53,927 bases of DNA, from IMG/VR virus record IMGVR_UViG_3300032299_000709, positions 1 through 53,927 of that record; one strand, given 5' to 3'. Each line of letters begins with the position of its first letter. Position 1 is the stretch's first letter. Below, piece by piece: positions 8,530 through 18,783 of this stretch. The notes under the pieces are model-generated. The model ran no database searches. It was not told where the DNA came from and saw only the letters and a program-made list of their open reading frames with translations. The stretch comes from a virus. Lineage: Duplodnaviria > Caudoviricetes. The translations under genes were made by a program, and so were the position numbers.

Positions 8530-8983
8530 AAGACTTCCAAGTCGCAACGCCGACTTAGCCGGGGCGCCACCAAAGCTGGCGACCATGGACGATTTGGCGA
8601 TACCGACCGCGGCCAAGACAGGCCGCGCACACCCAGTGAGCAAGAGCGCCAGCACGAGCAAGGCACCGCATCGAATCAACCTCCGAGCTGTTGCAGAGGC
8701 CTGCATCGAAGAGGGACTCGATCCCGCCGTTGAGATCGCCAAGGCCTTGAAGGCCACGATCCCGATGATGCGCAGTGGCCAGCCAGTGCTTGACTCTGAC
8801 GGCAAGAACATCATGGTTCCGCTGCTTGACGTTGACACGCGCATGCGAACGCTCAATGAGTTTCTGCAATACACGCAACCAAAGCTGAAAAGCGTTGAGG
8901 TCAAGATGTCCGGCACGCTGGACCTGACCAGTGAGCAGCTGGACAATCGGTTGAGCATGCTGCTTGCAAAGGCTACTAGATGA
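8519..8983 (+). CDS. probable terminase small subunit
   Basis: Directly upstream of and coupled to TerL; YTQPKLKSVEV C-terminal motif. Confidence 0.6.
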   Translation: MASRRLPSRNADLAGAPPKLATMDDLAIPTAAKTGRAHPVSKSASTSKAPHRINLRAVAEACIEEGLDPAVEIAKALKATIPMMRSGQPVLDSDGKNIMVPLLDVDTRMRTLNEFLQYTQPKLKSVEVKMSGTLDLTSEQLDNRLSMLLAKATR

Positions 8984-10449
8984 CCCAACTTGGCCGCATA
9001 GACACTACGCTGCTAAACGACGACGAGAAGCGAGAGCTGTACGAGCTGTTGCGCCTGAAAGACATTCGGGCCAAACGCAATCGACTGGCGACCTATGCGC
9101 CGTACAAGAAGCAGATTGAGTTTCACAATGCCGGCGCTAACTTCCGTGAGCGCTTGTTCATGGCAGGCAACCAGCTTGGCAAGACGTGGGCCGGGGCCTT
9201 TGAGGTCGCGATGCACGCGACAGGCCGCTACCCATCGTGGTGGAAGGGCAAGCGGTACAACTACGCTATCCGGTGCATGGTTGGATCCGAATCGGCCGAG
9301 CTGACTCGCAAGGGTATTCAGCGCTTGCTGCTCGGACCCCCAGAGATGCGCGAGGAGTGGGGCACAGGCGCCATTCCGTTTGCCTGTGTGCGCGACACCA
9401 GCATGAAGCAGGGCGTGCCCGATGCAGTCTCAAGCATTGTCGTGCGGCACGAATGCGGTGAAGACAGCGTGATCCAGTTCAACAGCTACGACCAAGGCCG
9501 CACCAAGTGGCAGGCCGACACTGTGGATCTAGTGTGGTTTGACGAAGAGCCACCGCTGCCGATTTACTCTGAAGGCTTGACGCGTACGCAGGCAACAGCC
9601 GGTCAGGTCTTTGTGACTTTTACGCCACTGCTCGGTATGTCCGAAGTGGTCAAGCGATTCTTGCTGGAGAAGCCGGCGTCATCGACCGTCACCAACATGA
9701 CGATCAGCGACGCCGAGCATTACACGCCCGAGCAAACTGAGGCGATCATTGCCAGCTATCCTGAGCACGAGCGCGAAGCCCGTGCCAAGGGCATTCCCAT
9801 TTTGGGATCTGGCCGTGTGTTTCCTGTGGTCGAGGAGGCGATCAAGATCCGGGCCTTCCCAATCCCGCCACACTGGGCGCGCATTGCGGCGATTGACTTC
9901 GGTGTCGATCACCCTACCGCCGTCGTATGGATGGCTTGGGACAAGGACAGCGATACGCTCTACGTGACTGACTGCTACAGACGCAGTGAGCCCGGCATTG
10001 CTGGCCACTCGATGGCCGTGCGTGCACGGGGCGAGTGGGTGCCGATGGCTTGGCCGCATGACGGCTTGCAGCGCGACAAGGGCGGCAGCGGTGAGCAGCT
10101 GGCCAAGCAGTACAAGGACCAAGGCTTAAACATGTTGGCCAACCGGGCCACGTTTGAGGATGGCAGCAACGGTGTCGAGGCCGGCTTGTCCGAGATGCTG
10201 ACACGCATGCAGACCATGCGCTTGCGTGTGTTCTCACATCTGGAAGACTGGTTTGAAGAATTTAGGCTGTACCACCGCAAAGACGGTATGGTCGTTAAAA
10301 TCAGCGATGACTTGATGTCGGCAACGCGATACGCCATGATGATGCGGCGCTTTGCCAAGACACAAGAAGAGGCCGAGGGCCGCATGCGTTCTAGCCGCAT
10401 GGCCCCGACGCTTGAGTTCAACGTATTTGACCCGGTCACCGGGTATTGA
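8980..10449 (+). CDS. terL: terminase large subunit (P22 gp2-like)
   Basis: RERLFMAGNQLGKT Walker A, VWFDEEP Walker B, TFTPLLG, IDFG, DDLMSATRYA. Confidence 0.95.
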   Translation: MTQLGRIDTTLLNDDEKRELYELLRLKDIRAKRNRLATYAPYKKQIEFHNAGANFRERLFMAGNQLGKTWAGAFEVAMHATGRYPSWWKGKRYNYAIRCMVGSESAELTRKGIQRLLLGPPEMREEWGTGAIPFACVRDTSMKQGVPDAVSSIVVRHECGEDSVIQFNSYDQGRTKWQADTVDLVWFDEEPPLPIYSEGLTRTQATAGQVFVTFTPLLGMSEVVKRFLLEKPASSTVTNMTISDAEHYTPEQTEAIIASYPEHEREARAKGIPILGSGRVFPVVEEAIKIRAFPIPPHWARIAAIDFGVDHPTAVVWMAWDKDSDTLYVTDCYRRSEPGIAGHSMAVRARGEWVPMAWPHDGLQRDKGGSGEQLAKQYKDQGLNMLANRATFEDGSNGVEAGLSEMLTRMQTMRLRVFSHLEDWFEEFRLYHRKDGMVVKISDDLMSATRYAMMMRRFAKTQEEAEGRMRSSRMAPTLEFNVFDPVTGY

Positions 10450-10473
10450 TTAACCTTAACTGAGGAAATTCTC

Positions 10474-10839
10474 ATGGCTACTATTGCAGCAACAATCGAT
10501 CGCGACACAATCCCCGGCGCCGTACTGGCCACGTGGGCCGCTATGGCTACCGGCGACGTCGGCGCTGGCGTGCCTATCGCTTACTCAGCCGATTTGACCG
10601 GCCAAGCTACCGGCACCTTTGGCGGCGCTACGATTACGTGGCAAGGCTCCAATGACAACACAAACTGGCATCCTTTGACTCGACGCTCTGTCGGGACCGA
10701 TATGGCTTTCACTTCGGCCGCTGTGCACACCATGAATGAGAACCCAGCGTGGATTCGCCCCGCAGTGACCGGCGGCACAAGCGTTGCAATCAAAGCCATT
10801 GCGGCTATCCACGCACGCTACGCCAAAGCACCTTACTGA
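10474..10839 (+). CDS. hypothetical virion-associated beta-rich protein
   Basis: GAGGA SD; GTFGGATITWQGSND; between TerL and portal. Confidence 0.7.
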   Translation: MATIAATIDRDTIPGAVLATWAAMATGDVGAGVPIAYSADLTGQATGTFGGATITWQGSNDNTNWHPLTRRSVGTDMAFTSAAVHTMNENPAWIRPAVTGGTSVAIKAIAAIHARYAKAPY

Positions 10840-10856
10840 GCTGAGGACTGAACCCC

Positions 10857-13085
10857 ATGCAAATCCAACCACAACAAATCGACGTCGAGGTCGAGTACGA
10901 AGATCCAGAAGAGCGGATGCGCAAGAAGGCGGAGAAGCTGCAAGCCTTTGGCTCTTCGCTGGGTGGCCAACGCGACGAATGGATTCGTTCGCGCGGCTCT
11001 TACGGCGTCGACAAACGTTGGATTGAAGACGAGGACCAGTACAACGGCAAGGACAACATTGCCAAAGCGGCCAGTCAGATGATGACCAGCGTGGAGCAGG
11101 GCTACCCTGTGACCACGCAGATGGCCAAGCCCCACCGCTCGACGGTGTTTATCGGCATGACGCGTCAAAAGACCAATGCCGCCGAGGCCCGCCTTGCAGA
11201 CATTTTGCTGCCGACCGACGACCGCAACTGGGGCATACAGCCCACGCCAAGCCCTGAGTTGATGGGCATGAGCAAAGACAACAAGATGGCCATGGACCAA
11301 CAGGGCCAGCCAGTCATGGGTGAGGACGGGCAACCAGTCCGCGTTCGTGACGTTGTCAAAGCTGTGCTTGAGATGGCCAACAAGAAGGCCTTGGCCATGC
11401 AGACCGAGATTGAAGATCAGCTGGTCGAATGCAACTACAACGGCGAGTTGCGCAAAATGATTCACGACGCCGCCGTGCTTGGCACTGGCGTGGTCAAGGG
11501 TCCAATCGTTACCAACCGCACACGCAAGGCGTGGCAGCCCATGACAGACAACATGGGCCAGACGGTCCATCAGATCGAGATCGTGCAAGAGATTAGCCCT
11601 GCTTCGTTCCGCGTTGACCCGCGCAACGTCTGGCCAGATCCCGGCTGCGGCGAAAACATTCACAACGGCAAAGGCATTTACGAGCGCGAACAGGTCACGG
11701 CCAAACAGATTCGCGACCTTGCCAAGCAGCCCGGCTTCATGAAAGACCAGCTGCGCAAAGTGCTGGAAGAAGGACCCAAGCAGTCCGCCACACTGCGCGA
11801 AATGACCGACGAAGACCAGCGCGACATGGCTCGTTTGACCTACGAGATGTGGACCTATTGGGGCGAAGTGGACCACGACGACCTTGAGTCTGCGGGCGTA
11901 TCCGTGGGTGAGAAGGACGAGCTGCGCAGCATCAGCGCGTGCGTCGTCATGATCAACAACACTGTGGTCAAGGCGTTCCTGAACCCACTGGAAGGCGGCG
12001 ACATACCCTACGACTTCTATGTCTGGGAAAAGGTTGCGGGCTCAATGTGGGGCTACGGCATCCCGTACCTCATGCGTTCACAACAGAAGGTCTTGAACGC
12101 TGCATGGCGCCAGATGATGGACAACGCCGGCGTATCCAGCGGGCCACAGATCGTCATCAAGCCCGGCGCTATCCAGCCAGCGGACAAGCAGTGGCAGCTA
12201 TCTGCCCGCAAGATTTGGTATGCAACCGACGACATTGACGACGTGCGCAAGGCGTTCTCGACTTTTGAGTTCAATTCACACCAAGCCGAGCTGGCAGGCA
12301 TCATCAAGATGGCCACCGAGCTGGCAGACGCTGAGACCGGCGTGCCTACTATCATGCAAGGCGAAAAGGGAGCAGCGCCAGACACTGTCGGTGGCATGCA
12401 AATGTTGATGAACAGCGCCAACGTGGTTTTGCGCAGGCTCGTTAAACAGTTTGATGACATGGTCACCAAGTCGCACATCCGTCGTTACTACGACTACAAC
12501 ATGATGTACAACGACGACGAAGAGATCAAGGGCGACTTCACAATCGACGCCCGTGGCTCAAGCGCGTTGGTGGTCCGTGACATCCAGAACCAATCGTTCT
12601 TAAACCTGCTTGCCGCTGGGGCCAACCCGGTCTACGGCATGTACCTCGACACACAGAAGCTATTCGAGAAGGCTTTGCAAGCCCAGCACATCGACCCAGC
12701 CGAAGTGTTCAAGCCAGAGGAAGAGATTGAGCAGATCAAAGAAATGCAGAAGCAAGCGGCTGCCGCAGGTCCACCACCCGACCCAGCAATGGCTGTGGCC
12801 CAAGTCCGCGCGCAGGCTGAAATGCAGAAAGTCCAATTGCAAAACCAAGGCGACTTGCAAGAGCTGCAAGTGCGGCAGCAGATCGCTGCGCAAGATGCCG
12901 ACCTGCACATTATGCAGCTGGAGATGACGCGCGAGATCGAGATGCTAAAGCTGTCCAACTCGCAAAACATCAGCCTTGAGAAGATCAAGGCTCAACTGGC
13001 CGACACCGCCATGAAGGAGCGCAGCCGTAAAGAGCTGTTTGCTGCTGAGCGCGATCTGGCTTTGAAGACTGGCTCAGGAATCTAA
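10857..13085 (+). CDS. portal protein
   Basis: 742 aa after TerL; DAAVLGTGVVKG, TVGGMQML, Q-rich C-terminal barrel as in podoviral portals. Confidence 0.85.
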   Translation: MQIQPQQIDVEVEYEDPEERMRKKAEKLQAFGSSLGGQRDEWIRSRGSYGVDKRWIEDEDQYNGKDNIAKAASQMMTSVEQGYPVTTQMAKPHRSTVFIGMTRQKTNAAEARLADILLPTDDRNWGIQPTPSPELMGMSKDNKMAMDQQGQPVMGEDGQPVRVRDVVKAVLEMANKKALAMQTEIEDQLVECNYNGELRKMIHDAAVLGTGVVKGPIVTNRTRKAWQPMTDNMGQTVHQIEIVQEISPASFRVDPRNVWPDPGCGENIHNGKGIYEREQVTAKQIRDLAKQPGFMKDQLRKVLEEGPKQSATLREMTDEDQRDMARLTYEMWTYWGEVDHDDLESAGVSVGEKDELRSISACVVMINNTVVKAFLNPLEGGDIPYDFYVWEKVAGSMWGYGIPYLMRSQQKVLNAAWRQMMDNAGVSSGPQIVIKPGAIQPADKQWQLSARKIWYATDDIDDVRKAFSTFEFNSHQAELAGIIKMATELADAETGVPTIMQGEKGAAPDTVGGMQMLMNSANVVLRRLVKQFDDMVTKSHIRRYYDYNMMYNDDEEIKGDFTIDARGSSALVVRDIQNQSFLNLLAAGANPVYGMYLDTQKLFEKALQAQHIDPAEVFKPEEEIEQIKEMQKQAAAAGPPPDPAMAVAQVRAQAEMQKVQLQNQGDLQELQVRQQIAAQDADLHIMQLEMTREIEMLKLSNSQNISLEKIKAQLADTAMKERSRKELFAAERDLALKTGSGI

Positions 13086-13097
13086 GGAGAACAAAAC

Positions 13098-14600
13098 ATG
13101 ACACCAAATGAAGCAGCCGAACTAATGCGGCGGTCTCAGGTCGGCGGTGTAAATACGTCAGAGTTTGCTGCTGGCGGTGGATACGATGCTGTAAAAAAAC
13201 TGGCTGAGTCAAACACTACAGGTTATCAGGCCGGCGTGCGAACCGTGGCGGACATGGCGAAGTACGCCCCTAACGATGCCGTCACAAGGTTTGAACCCGG
13301 CGGGCAAGGGGGGCTGGGCGAAACGTTTTATGCCAGCGGCAACTCTGCAACTGGCGGAACTGGAGCAGCAGCGGCAGCCGATTCGGCAGTGGGTTATACA
13401 GGCTTGACAGGTGCTAAGGCTAAAGAAGGCGTGGATCTAAAAACATTGGTAGAAAAGTCAACCGGACAGAAAATTGACAACTACTTTTACGACAAAAGCA
13501 ATCCAAATTACGCAACTAATCAAGCAGCGCTTTCCCGCGCCAGCAACGCCATGTATGGAGACGTTGGTGCCAACATAGACGCCCGCAATTGGACTGCCAT
13601 CATGGCAGCCAAGGATCCGCTTAAAGCTGCGGAGGATGCGCTTAAAGCCATGTACAACGACAAGGCGTATTTGGCTGCAAACACTGATCACGTACTAGCC
13701 CAAGGTTATTTGCCGGAACAAGCTGACCACACGTACAAGCAAATGGCCAGTCGTGTCGGTTCAACTTACGACGCCAACTGGTCTAAAGGTACAAAGTACG
13801 AGGGCAAGTACGATACAGCTGCCTATCTTAACAACGTAAAGAATTTAACTGGCGACGCCCTTGCAACCTACGAAAACAACCTTTGGTCCAAGTGGGGCGG
13901 CAATCCAAGGCTCAACACGTCCAAGGGCGTGGTCAATACGGGCACCAGCACGAATTCAGTCTTTACGCCGCCTACAACTCCCGGCCAAGTCACCGGAACA
14001 AGCAACACAACACCCGGCCAAGTCACCGGAACAAGCAACACAACACCCGGCAGCACGACCACCACGGGCAGCACGGCGGTTACTGGGGGCAGCACAGGCA
14101 GCACAGGCAGCACAGGCAGCACAGGCAACACAGGCAGCACAGGCATAATTGCCGGCGCCACAATGGGCAGCTTGCCTACAACAGCCACTTCGGTTGCTAA
14201 AGCCGACACGCAAACTTTGCCAACGCAACTTAATGCTCCAACGGCAACGGGCGGCGCGGGCCTATTGACAGGCGCCAACACACTTACCCCCGGGACGTTT
14301 AACATACCCAACACATCGACAGGCAATGTCAATAGCGGTGGTTTGATTTCGGGCGTGGCGCAACAACTGTCCACGCAGAACGCACAAGCTGGTTTGCCTA
14401 CAGGCGTGACGCCAAAGATTGGGGTAATGGGCTACAACACTGGCGGCGAGAGCATTGCAGCTTACAACCCTTACGGCTTTACCGGCGCAAACACCGCAAC
14501 GGGCAATTCACAAAACTGGTACAACTCTAAAACCGGCCAGCGCTACACGGCTCCCGCCGGTACGTGGGCTCCACCTAGTGCAGATTGGGCTAAAGTGTGA
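13098..14600 (+). CDS. hypothetical T/G-rich virion protein
   Basis: TAAGGAG SD; 500 aa with internal repeats. Confidence 0.7.
   Translation: MTPNEAAELMRRSQVGGVNTSEFAAGGGYDAVKKLAESNTTGYQAGVRTVADMAKYAPNDAVTRFEPGGQGGLGETFYASGNSATGGTGAAAAADSAVGYTGLTGAKAKEGVDLKTLVEKSTGQKIDNYFYDKSNPNYATNQAALSRASNAMYGDVGANIDARNWTAIMAAKDPLKAAEDALKAMYNDKAYLAANTDHVLAQGYLPEQADHTYKQMASRVGSTYDANWSKGTKYEGKYDTAAYLNNVKNLTGDALATYENNLWSKWGGNPRLNTSKGVVNTGTSTNSVFTPPTTPGQVTGTSNTTPGQVTGTSNTTPGSTTTTGSTAVTGGSTGSTGSTGSTGNTGSTGIIAGATMGSLPTTATSVAKADTQTLPTQLNAPTATGGAGLLTGANTLTPGTFNIPNTSTGNVNSGGLISGVAQQLSTQNAQAGLPTGVTPKIGVMGYNTGGESIAAYNPYGFTGANTATGNSQNWYNSKTGQRYTAPAGTWAPPSADWAKV
13981..14141 (+). repeat. coding tandem repeats: 33 bp x2 and 9 bp (GGCAGCACA) x6
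   Basis: Encode PGQVTGTSNTT and GST repeats. Confidence 0.85.
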
Positions 14601-15364
14601 GCGTTCTTGCCCGTGATCTTGACGCGTACAACCGCGCTTTGCAAGCCTACCAGCGAAAAGCGGGCGGCTATAACAAAAGCGTGGATCGGTACAACACGAG
14701 CTTTGTAAGGGACCCTAGTGGAAACCCTTATGTTTATAGCGGCGAGTACGACCCTGCGGGAGCTAACACCGGGCAGTTTTACACGGCAGATAAAGCATCT
14801 GGCCAGCTAACTGACGCTCAGGCGCCAGCGGAATATGCTGGGATGACGGCTAACACTGATAGCCCCGGGTACTCAATGCTTAGGCAAAATCCAATTGGCA
14901 AGGAAACAAAAATCTTTACCGGTGCTACCAAAGGCGGTGGCGGGACTGACAGGTGGGGTAGGCCAATTCCTGAGTATTTCTACCTGCCGGGAGTACCGGA
15001 CCCGGGAAACCCAAGGAACCCACCAAAAGCAAGGCAACTTGACGCCAGCAAGGTTCGCGTAGTTGAGAAGACGGAGGGCGCAAGAAGCGGAATGGCCGGC
15101 AGCGGCATTCCAACGTACACAATTGAGTACGACGTAAACAGCTTTCAAGACAGGCCGGCTGAGTGGACTGAAACCTTTGACAAGAAAGCACCAGATCCAA
15201 CCAAGGCTCAGTTAAACCAAGCCGGGCAAGCGTCGCTGGCCCAACAAGAAATGGGCCTCATTGGCGAGGTGCTTCAAAGTAGAGGGTTGAAAACCGGCAT
15301 AACTCGTAAACCCGGCAACGTGCGCGAAGAGGAAGTTACTGACGCCCAACGAAGAGATAAATGA
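14597..15364 (+). CDS. hypothetical protein
   Basis: GTGA overlap with the upstream stop; 255 aa. Confidence 0.7.
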   Translation: MSVLARDLDAYNRALQAYQRKAGGYNKSVDRYNTSFVRDPSGNPYVYSGEYDPAGANTGQFYTADKASGQLTDAQAPAEYAGMTANTDSPGYSMLRQNPIGKETKIFTGATKGGGGTDRWGRPIPEYFYLPGVPDPGNPRNPPKARQLDASKVRVVEKTEGARSGMAGSGIPTYTIEYDVNSFQDRPAEWTETFDKKAPDPTKAQLNQAGQASLAQQEMGLIGEVLQSRGLKTGITRKPGNVREEEVTDAQRRDK

Positions 15365-15377
15365 TAAAAAATAACTG

Positions 15378-15464
15378 TTGCATAAGAACCACGTTGTGTT
15401 ATAAAATTTCTTTGGGCGAAGTGCGCCCAAAATTTACCGAAGCCAGCCCTCTAGCTGGCTTTTT
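15378..15464 (+). promoter_or_regulatory. late promoter + GTGCGCCC hairpin + terminator, module 2
   Basis: TTGCAT...TAAAAT; TTTGGGCG-AAGTG-CGCCCAAA; AAGCCAGC/GCTGGCTTTTT. Confidence 0.65.
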
Positions 15465-15466
15465 CT

Positions 15467-15667
15467 ATGACTGATTACTCATCAAGCACATGGCATGTTT
15501 TGCGCAAGTGGGCGGAAGCCCAGCTTGAGCAGGCCAGAACAAAGAACGACGCTGTCGCGCTCTCCGACAACGAGACAGCTGCGTTGCGCGGTGAGATACG
15601 CATGCTAAAAAGATTTCTCGACTTGCCAAATGCGGCAACTCGGGGTGTGGTGGTCGAGCCGGATTAA
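15467..15667 (+). CDS. small head-module protein
   Basis: TAALRGEIRMLK motif; sits just before the scaffold gene. Confidence 0.7.
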   Translation: MTDYSSSTWHVLRKWAEAQLEQARTKNDAVALSDNETAALRGEIRMLKRFLDLPNAATRGVVVEPD

Positions 15668-15727
15668 CGTCCCGCTTGGCCTTTTTAGTGGGCCGCCAAA
15701 AGACGGCCTTTATTTGGAGAGCAAAAA

Positions 15728-16618
15728 GTGGAAGAAAACCAACTGTCTTCGGAAGAAGTGCAAAACTTGTGGGATGAAGAGGCGTCAAAACTGGGTGCCG
15801 ACGGTGATACGTTCGCATCTGAGTCTTTAGCCGCTGCGCCGGAAACGCCGCAGGACTTTGATCTTGAGCAAGCACAAATCGAATCGGAACAGCCGGAAGA
15901 TCCCTTAGCCGGGCTATCTTTAACGGTCCGTGCCAAATTGGCGCAGATCGATGATTTAGCACAGGCAAATGCTCAACTGCTGCACCATGTCAAAACGACC
16001 GAAGGTCGCGTGGCAGCGATGCAACGAGAAGCTCAGCAGGCACGTCAAGCAGCAATGCAAGAAGCGCCTACGCAGACAGCTATCACCAGCGCCGTCAAGA
16101 ACCCAGAGAAGTGGGAGCAGCTCAAGCAAGATTTTCCCGAGTGGGCAGGAGCGATGGAGGAATACGTCGCATCAAAGGTGGGAGGCCAGCAGCAGCAGCA
16201 AGTTTTGACACCCGAACAGGTGGCAGGCTATGTGCAGCAGCAGGTCGCACAAACCCGCGCTGAGATGGGGCGCCTCATGGAAGAAGCACGAATTGAAGGT
16301 AAGTACGAGAACTGGCGCGATACGGTCAACACGACTGAATTTGCGCAATGGTTTGCCGTGCAGTCACCTGACACTCGGGCCCTCGCTGACAGCTCGGCAG
16401 CTAGAGACGCGATTAAGATGCTTGACTTGTTCAATACATCTAAATCGGTTTCGGCTACGGACATCAAGCAAGAGCGCGGAGCACGTCTCGCTGCCGCCGC
16501 GACAACTCGAACTGGCCAGACACCGCCGCCTAAAACACTTGGCGACATGTCACCAGCGGAACTGTGGAACTATGAAGCCAAGAAACGTGAGCGAGAGCTC
16601 AAAGAACGCGGTTATTAA
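15728..16618 (+). CDS. capsid scaffolding protein
   Basis: Acidic N-terminus, coiled coil, directly upstream of the major capsid gene. Confidence 0.7.
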   Translation: MEENQLSSEEVQNLWDEEASKLGADGDTFASESLAAAPETPQDFDLEQAQIESEQPEDPLAGLSLTVRAKLAQIDDLAQANAQLLHHVKTTEGRVAAMQREAQQARQAAMQEAPTQTAITSAVKNPEKWEQLKQDFPEWAGAMEEYVASKVGGQQQQQVLTPEQVAGYVQQQVAQTRAEMGRLMEEARIEGKYENWRDTVNTTEFAQWFAVQSPDTRALADSSAARDAIKMLDLFNTSKSVSATDIKQERGARLAAAATTRTGQTPPPKTLGDMSPAELWNYEAKKRERELKERGY

Positions 16619-16646
16619 CTCAATTTTCAAAAAAGGAAACTAGACC

Positions 16647-17705
16647 ATGTCTATTCAAAATTACGGCACCGTAGCATCGCGAAATCTAATCCGCGCTGCC
16701 CAAGGTATGCTTGAACACGCACAGCCCATCACTGTTTTGGGCGACTTCGGTACTCAACGTGAGATGCCACAGAATTCGACAGACACTTTGGTGTTCCGTC
16801 GTACTCTGCCTTTTGGCGCATCTACTGTTGGTACAACAATCGAGAACTCTTCTCGCTACGTTGGTACTCCTGACATCACCGCTTCCAACTTCGTGTTGGC
16901 TGAAGGTGTGACACCCAACGCAAACACAATCTCTTTCCAAGACGTGTCTGTTCAGTTGCAACAATATGGCGTGCTGTTCAAGTACTCCAGCAAAGTTGAG
17001 CAGCTGTATGAAGATGACATTCCCGGCGAAATGGTCAAGCTCACAGGCGAGACACTGGCTGAGGTGATGGAAATGGTTCGTTACGGTGTGTTGAAAGCCG
17101 GTTCTACTGTGATCTATGCAAACGGTTCTAGCCGCTCTGCAATCAACACAGCAATCAGCTTGAACGCAATCCGTAAAGCAGCTCGTACACTTGAGTCCAA
17201 CCGTTCACGCCGTGTGACCAGCCGTCTGGCTCCCGGTGTCAACTTCGGCACTCGCGCTGTGCAGCCTGCATACGTTATCTTCTGCCACACTGACGCTGTC
17301 AGCGACATCCGTAACTTGCCCGGTTTCACCCGCGTGGAAGAGTACGGTTCATTCAAGCCAATCCATGACCGCGAAATCGGCGCTTGCGAAGACTTCCGTT
17401 TCATCAGCTCACCCCTGTTGAAATCTTTCTTGGCTGCTGGTTCTGCAACCTTGAATGGCATGTTGTCTGTTGGCGCTGCTAACGTTGACGTGTATCCCTT
17501 CATCATCATTGGTGAAGACTGCTGGGGCCAAGTTGCTCTTAAGGGCATGTCTGCCATCAAGCCTGTGGTCCTCAAAGCCTCACAGACCAACCACGCCAAC
17601 CCATTGGGCCAATTTGGCTACGTGGGTGCTTCTACATGGTTCGCGACTGTGCGTTTGAACGACGCCTTCATGGCCCGTATCGAAGCCGGTGTGACCGCTC
17701 TGTAA
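16647..17705 (+). CDS. major capsid protein (N4-gp56 family)
   Basis: FG....MP.N.....FRR, LAEGVTP, EIGACEDFRFI, NPLGQFGYVG. Confidence 0.9.
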   Translation: MSIQNYGTVASRNLIRAAQGMLEHAQPITVLGDFGTQREMPQNSTDTLVFRRTLPFGASTVGTTIENSSRYVGTPDITASNFVLAEGVTPNANTISFQDVSVQLQQYGVLFKYSSKVEQLYEDDIPGEMVKLTGETLAEVMEMVRYGVLKAGSTVIYANGSSRSAINTAISLNAIRKAARTLESNRSRRVTSRLAPGVNFGTRAVQPAYVIFCHTDAVSDIRNLPGFTRVEEYGSFKPIHDREIGACEDFRFISSPLLKSFLAAGSATLNGMLSVGAANVDVYPFIIIGEDCWGQVALKGMSAIKPVVLKASQTNHANPLGQFGYVGASTWFATVRLNDAFMARIEAGVTAL

Positions 17706-17712
17706 TGGATTA

Positions 17713-17732
17713 GCTGGGACGCAAGTCCCAGC
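17713..17732 (+). terminator. stem-loop after capsid gene
   Basis: GCTGGGAC-GCAA-GTCCCAGC; weak U tail. Confidence 0.45.
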
Positions 17733-17755
17733 GTCTTAACTTAAAGGACATCACC

Positions 17756-18226
17756 ATGCAATCAAACTACTGGAAACTTCTAAACGAAGACCGTTTGAAC
17801 GATGTATCCGCACTGTCTGTCACGGCTCCTATCTTGGGTCCCGTTGCAAACATGACGCTTACTGCTACGACATCACTGACGGCAGCAGAAAGCGGTGAGA
17901 CATATTTCTTGTCTTCGGCTACTGAATTCGTAACTACTCTGCCCTTGCCTGCTGCGGGTTTGACATACACCTTCATTGTGACTGCGGCACCTTCTGGCGC
18001 CAGTTACACGATCGTGACCAACGGCAGTGCCAACATCATTAAAGGCCAAGCGTATCCCGCTTCTGGCGCTGCTGGTGATACAGGCACAGCCGATGACACC
18101 ATCTCTTTTGTAGATGGTTCGTCAGTTGCAGGCGATCGCGTAACGGTCATTAGTGACGGTACAAGCTGGTTTGCTTATGCGCATTGCGCAGTGGCAGCTG
18201 GCGTGACTTTCACCACAGCTTCTTAA
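17756..18226 (+). CDS. capsid decoration/cement-like protein
   Basis: AAGGA SD; TLPLPAAGLTY...SDGTSWF beta-rich pattern. Confidence 0.6.
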   Translation: MQSNYWKLLNEDRLNDVSALSVTAPILGPVANMTLTATTSLTAAESGETYFLSSATEFVTTLPLPAAGLTYTFIVTAAPSGASYTIVTNGSANIIKGQAYPASGAAGDTGTADDTISFVDGSSVAGDRVTVISDGTSWFAYAHCAVAAGVTFTTAS

Positions 18227-18252
18227 TCAATCTTTTCCTAAAGGAATAAATC

Positions 18253-18690
18253 ATGTCATACAATATTGAACAAGCCAATAGTGGCTATCTCTCGCTAACC
18301 GCTGCCGGCTTGGCTGAAGGCACAAACGCCAACACCTTCAAGACTACAAACACCTTGACTTACACAAGCAATGGTATTTTTAAGTCTAAGGCTGCTACTG
18401 ACAACTTGACATTTACTGCCGGCACTGCTTTGGGTAATTCTCAGGCTTGCTTGTTTGGCGTGTGGATCACTTCTGGCGGCACCATATCGACCACACAAGG
18501 TCCTATCGTTGCTGCTGACGATCCATGTCCAGTGCCTTCACAGGTTACGGCTAACACAACTTTGGTCGGTTTGATCAAAGTAGTTACCAGCTCGTCTGCT
18601 ACGTTTACGCCCGGTAGTACCGACCTCAGCGCTACCGGTATCACTGATACCTTTAGCGACTGCATGGACATGCCCGGCTCAGCCCAGTAA
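18253..18690 (+). CDS. capsid accessory protein
   Basis: AAGGA SD; T/A/G-rich; head module. Confidence 0.6.
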   Translation: MSYNIEQANSGYLSLTAAGLAEGTNANTFKTTNTLTYTSNGIFKSKAATDNLTFTAGTALGNSQACLFGVWITSGGTISTTQGPIVAADDPCPVPSQVTANTTLVGLIKVVTSSSATFTPGSTDLSATGITDTFSDCMDMPGSAQ

Positions 18691-18718
18691 GTTGCCATCT
18701 CTCTTAACAGAGGGTTTT

Positions 18719-18747
18719 GCAGGTTGCCTTCGGGCAGCCTGCTTTTT
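18719..18747 (+). terminator. intrinsic terminator
   Basis: GCAGGTTGCC-TTCG-GGCAGCCTGC-TTTTT. Confidence 0.75.
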
Positions 18748-18783
18748 GGCAAACCAGTTTTTTAAACCTAACGGAGAATGAAG

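Noticed and set aside
10833-11876. Long antisense ORFs (347 aa here; also 3484-4209 and 18820-19515)
   Set aside because: They lie opposite well-supported genes and are explained by codon bias.
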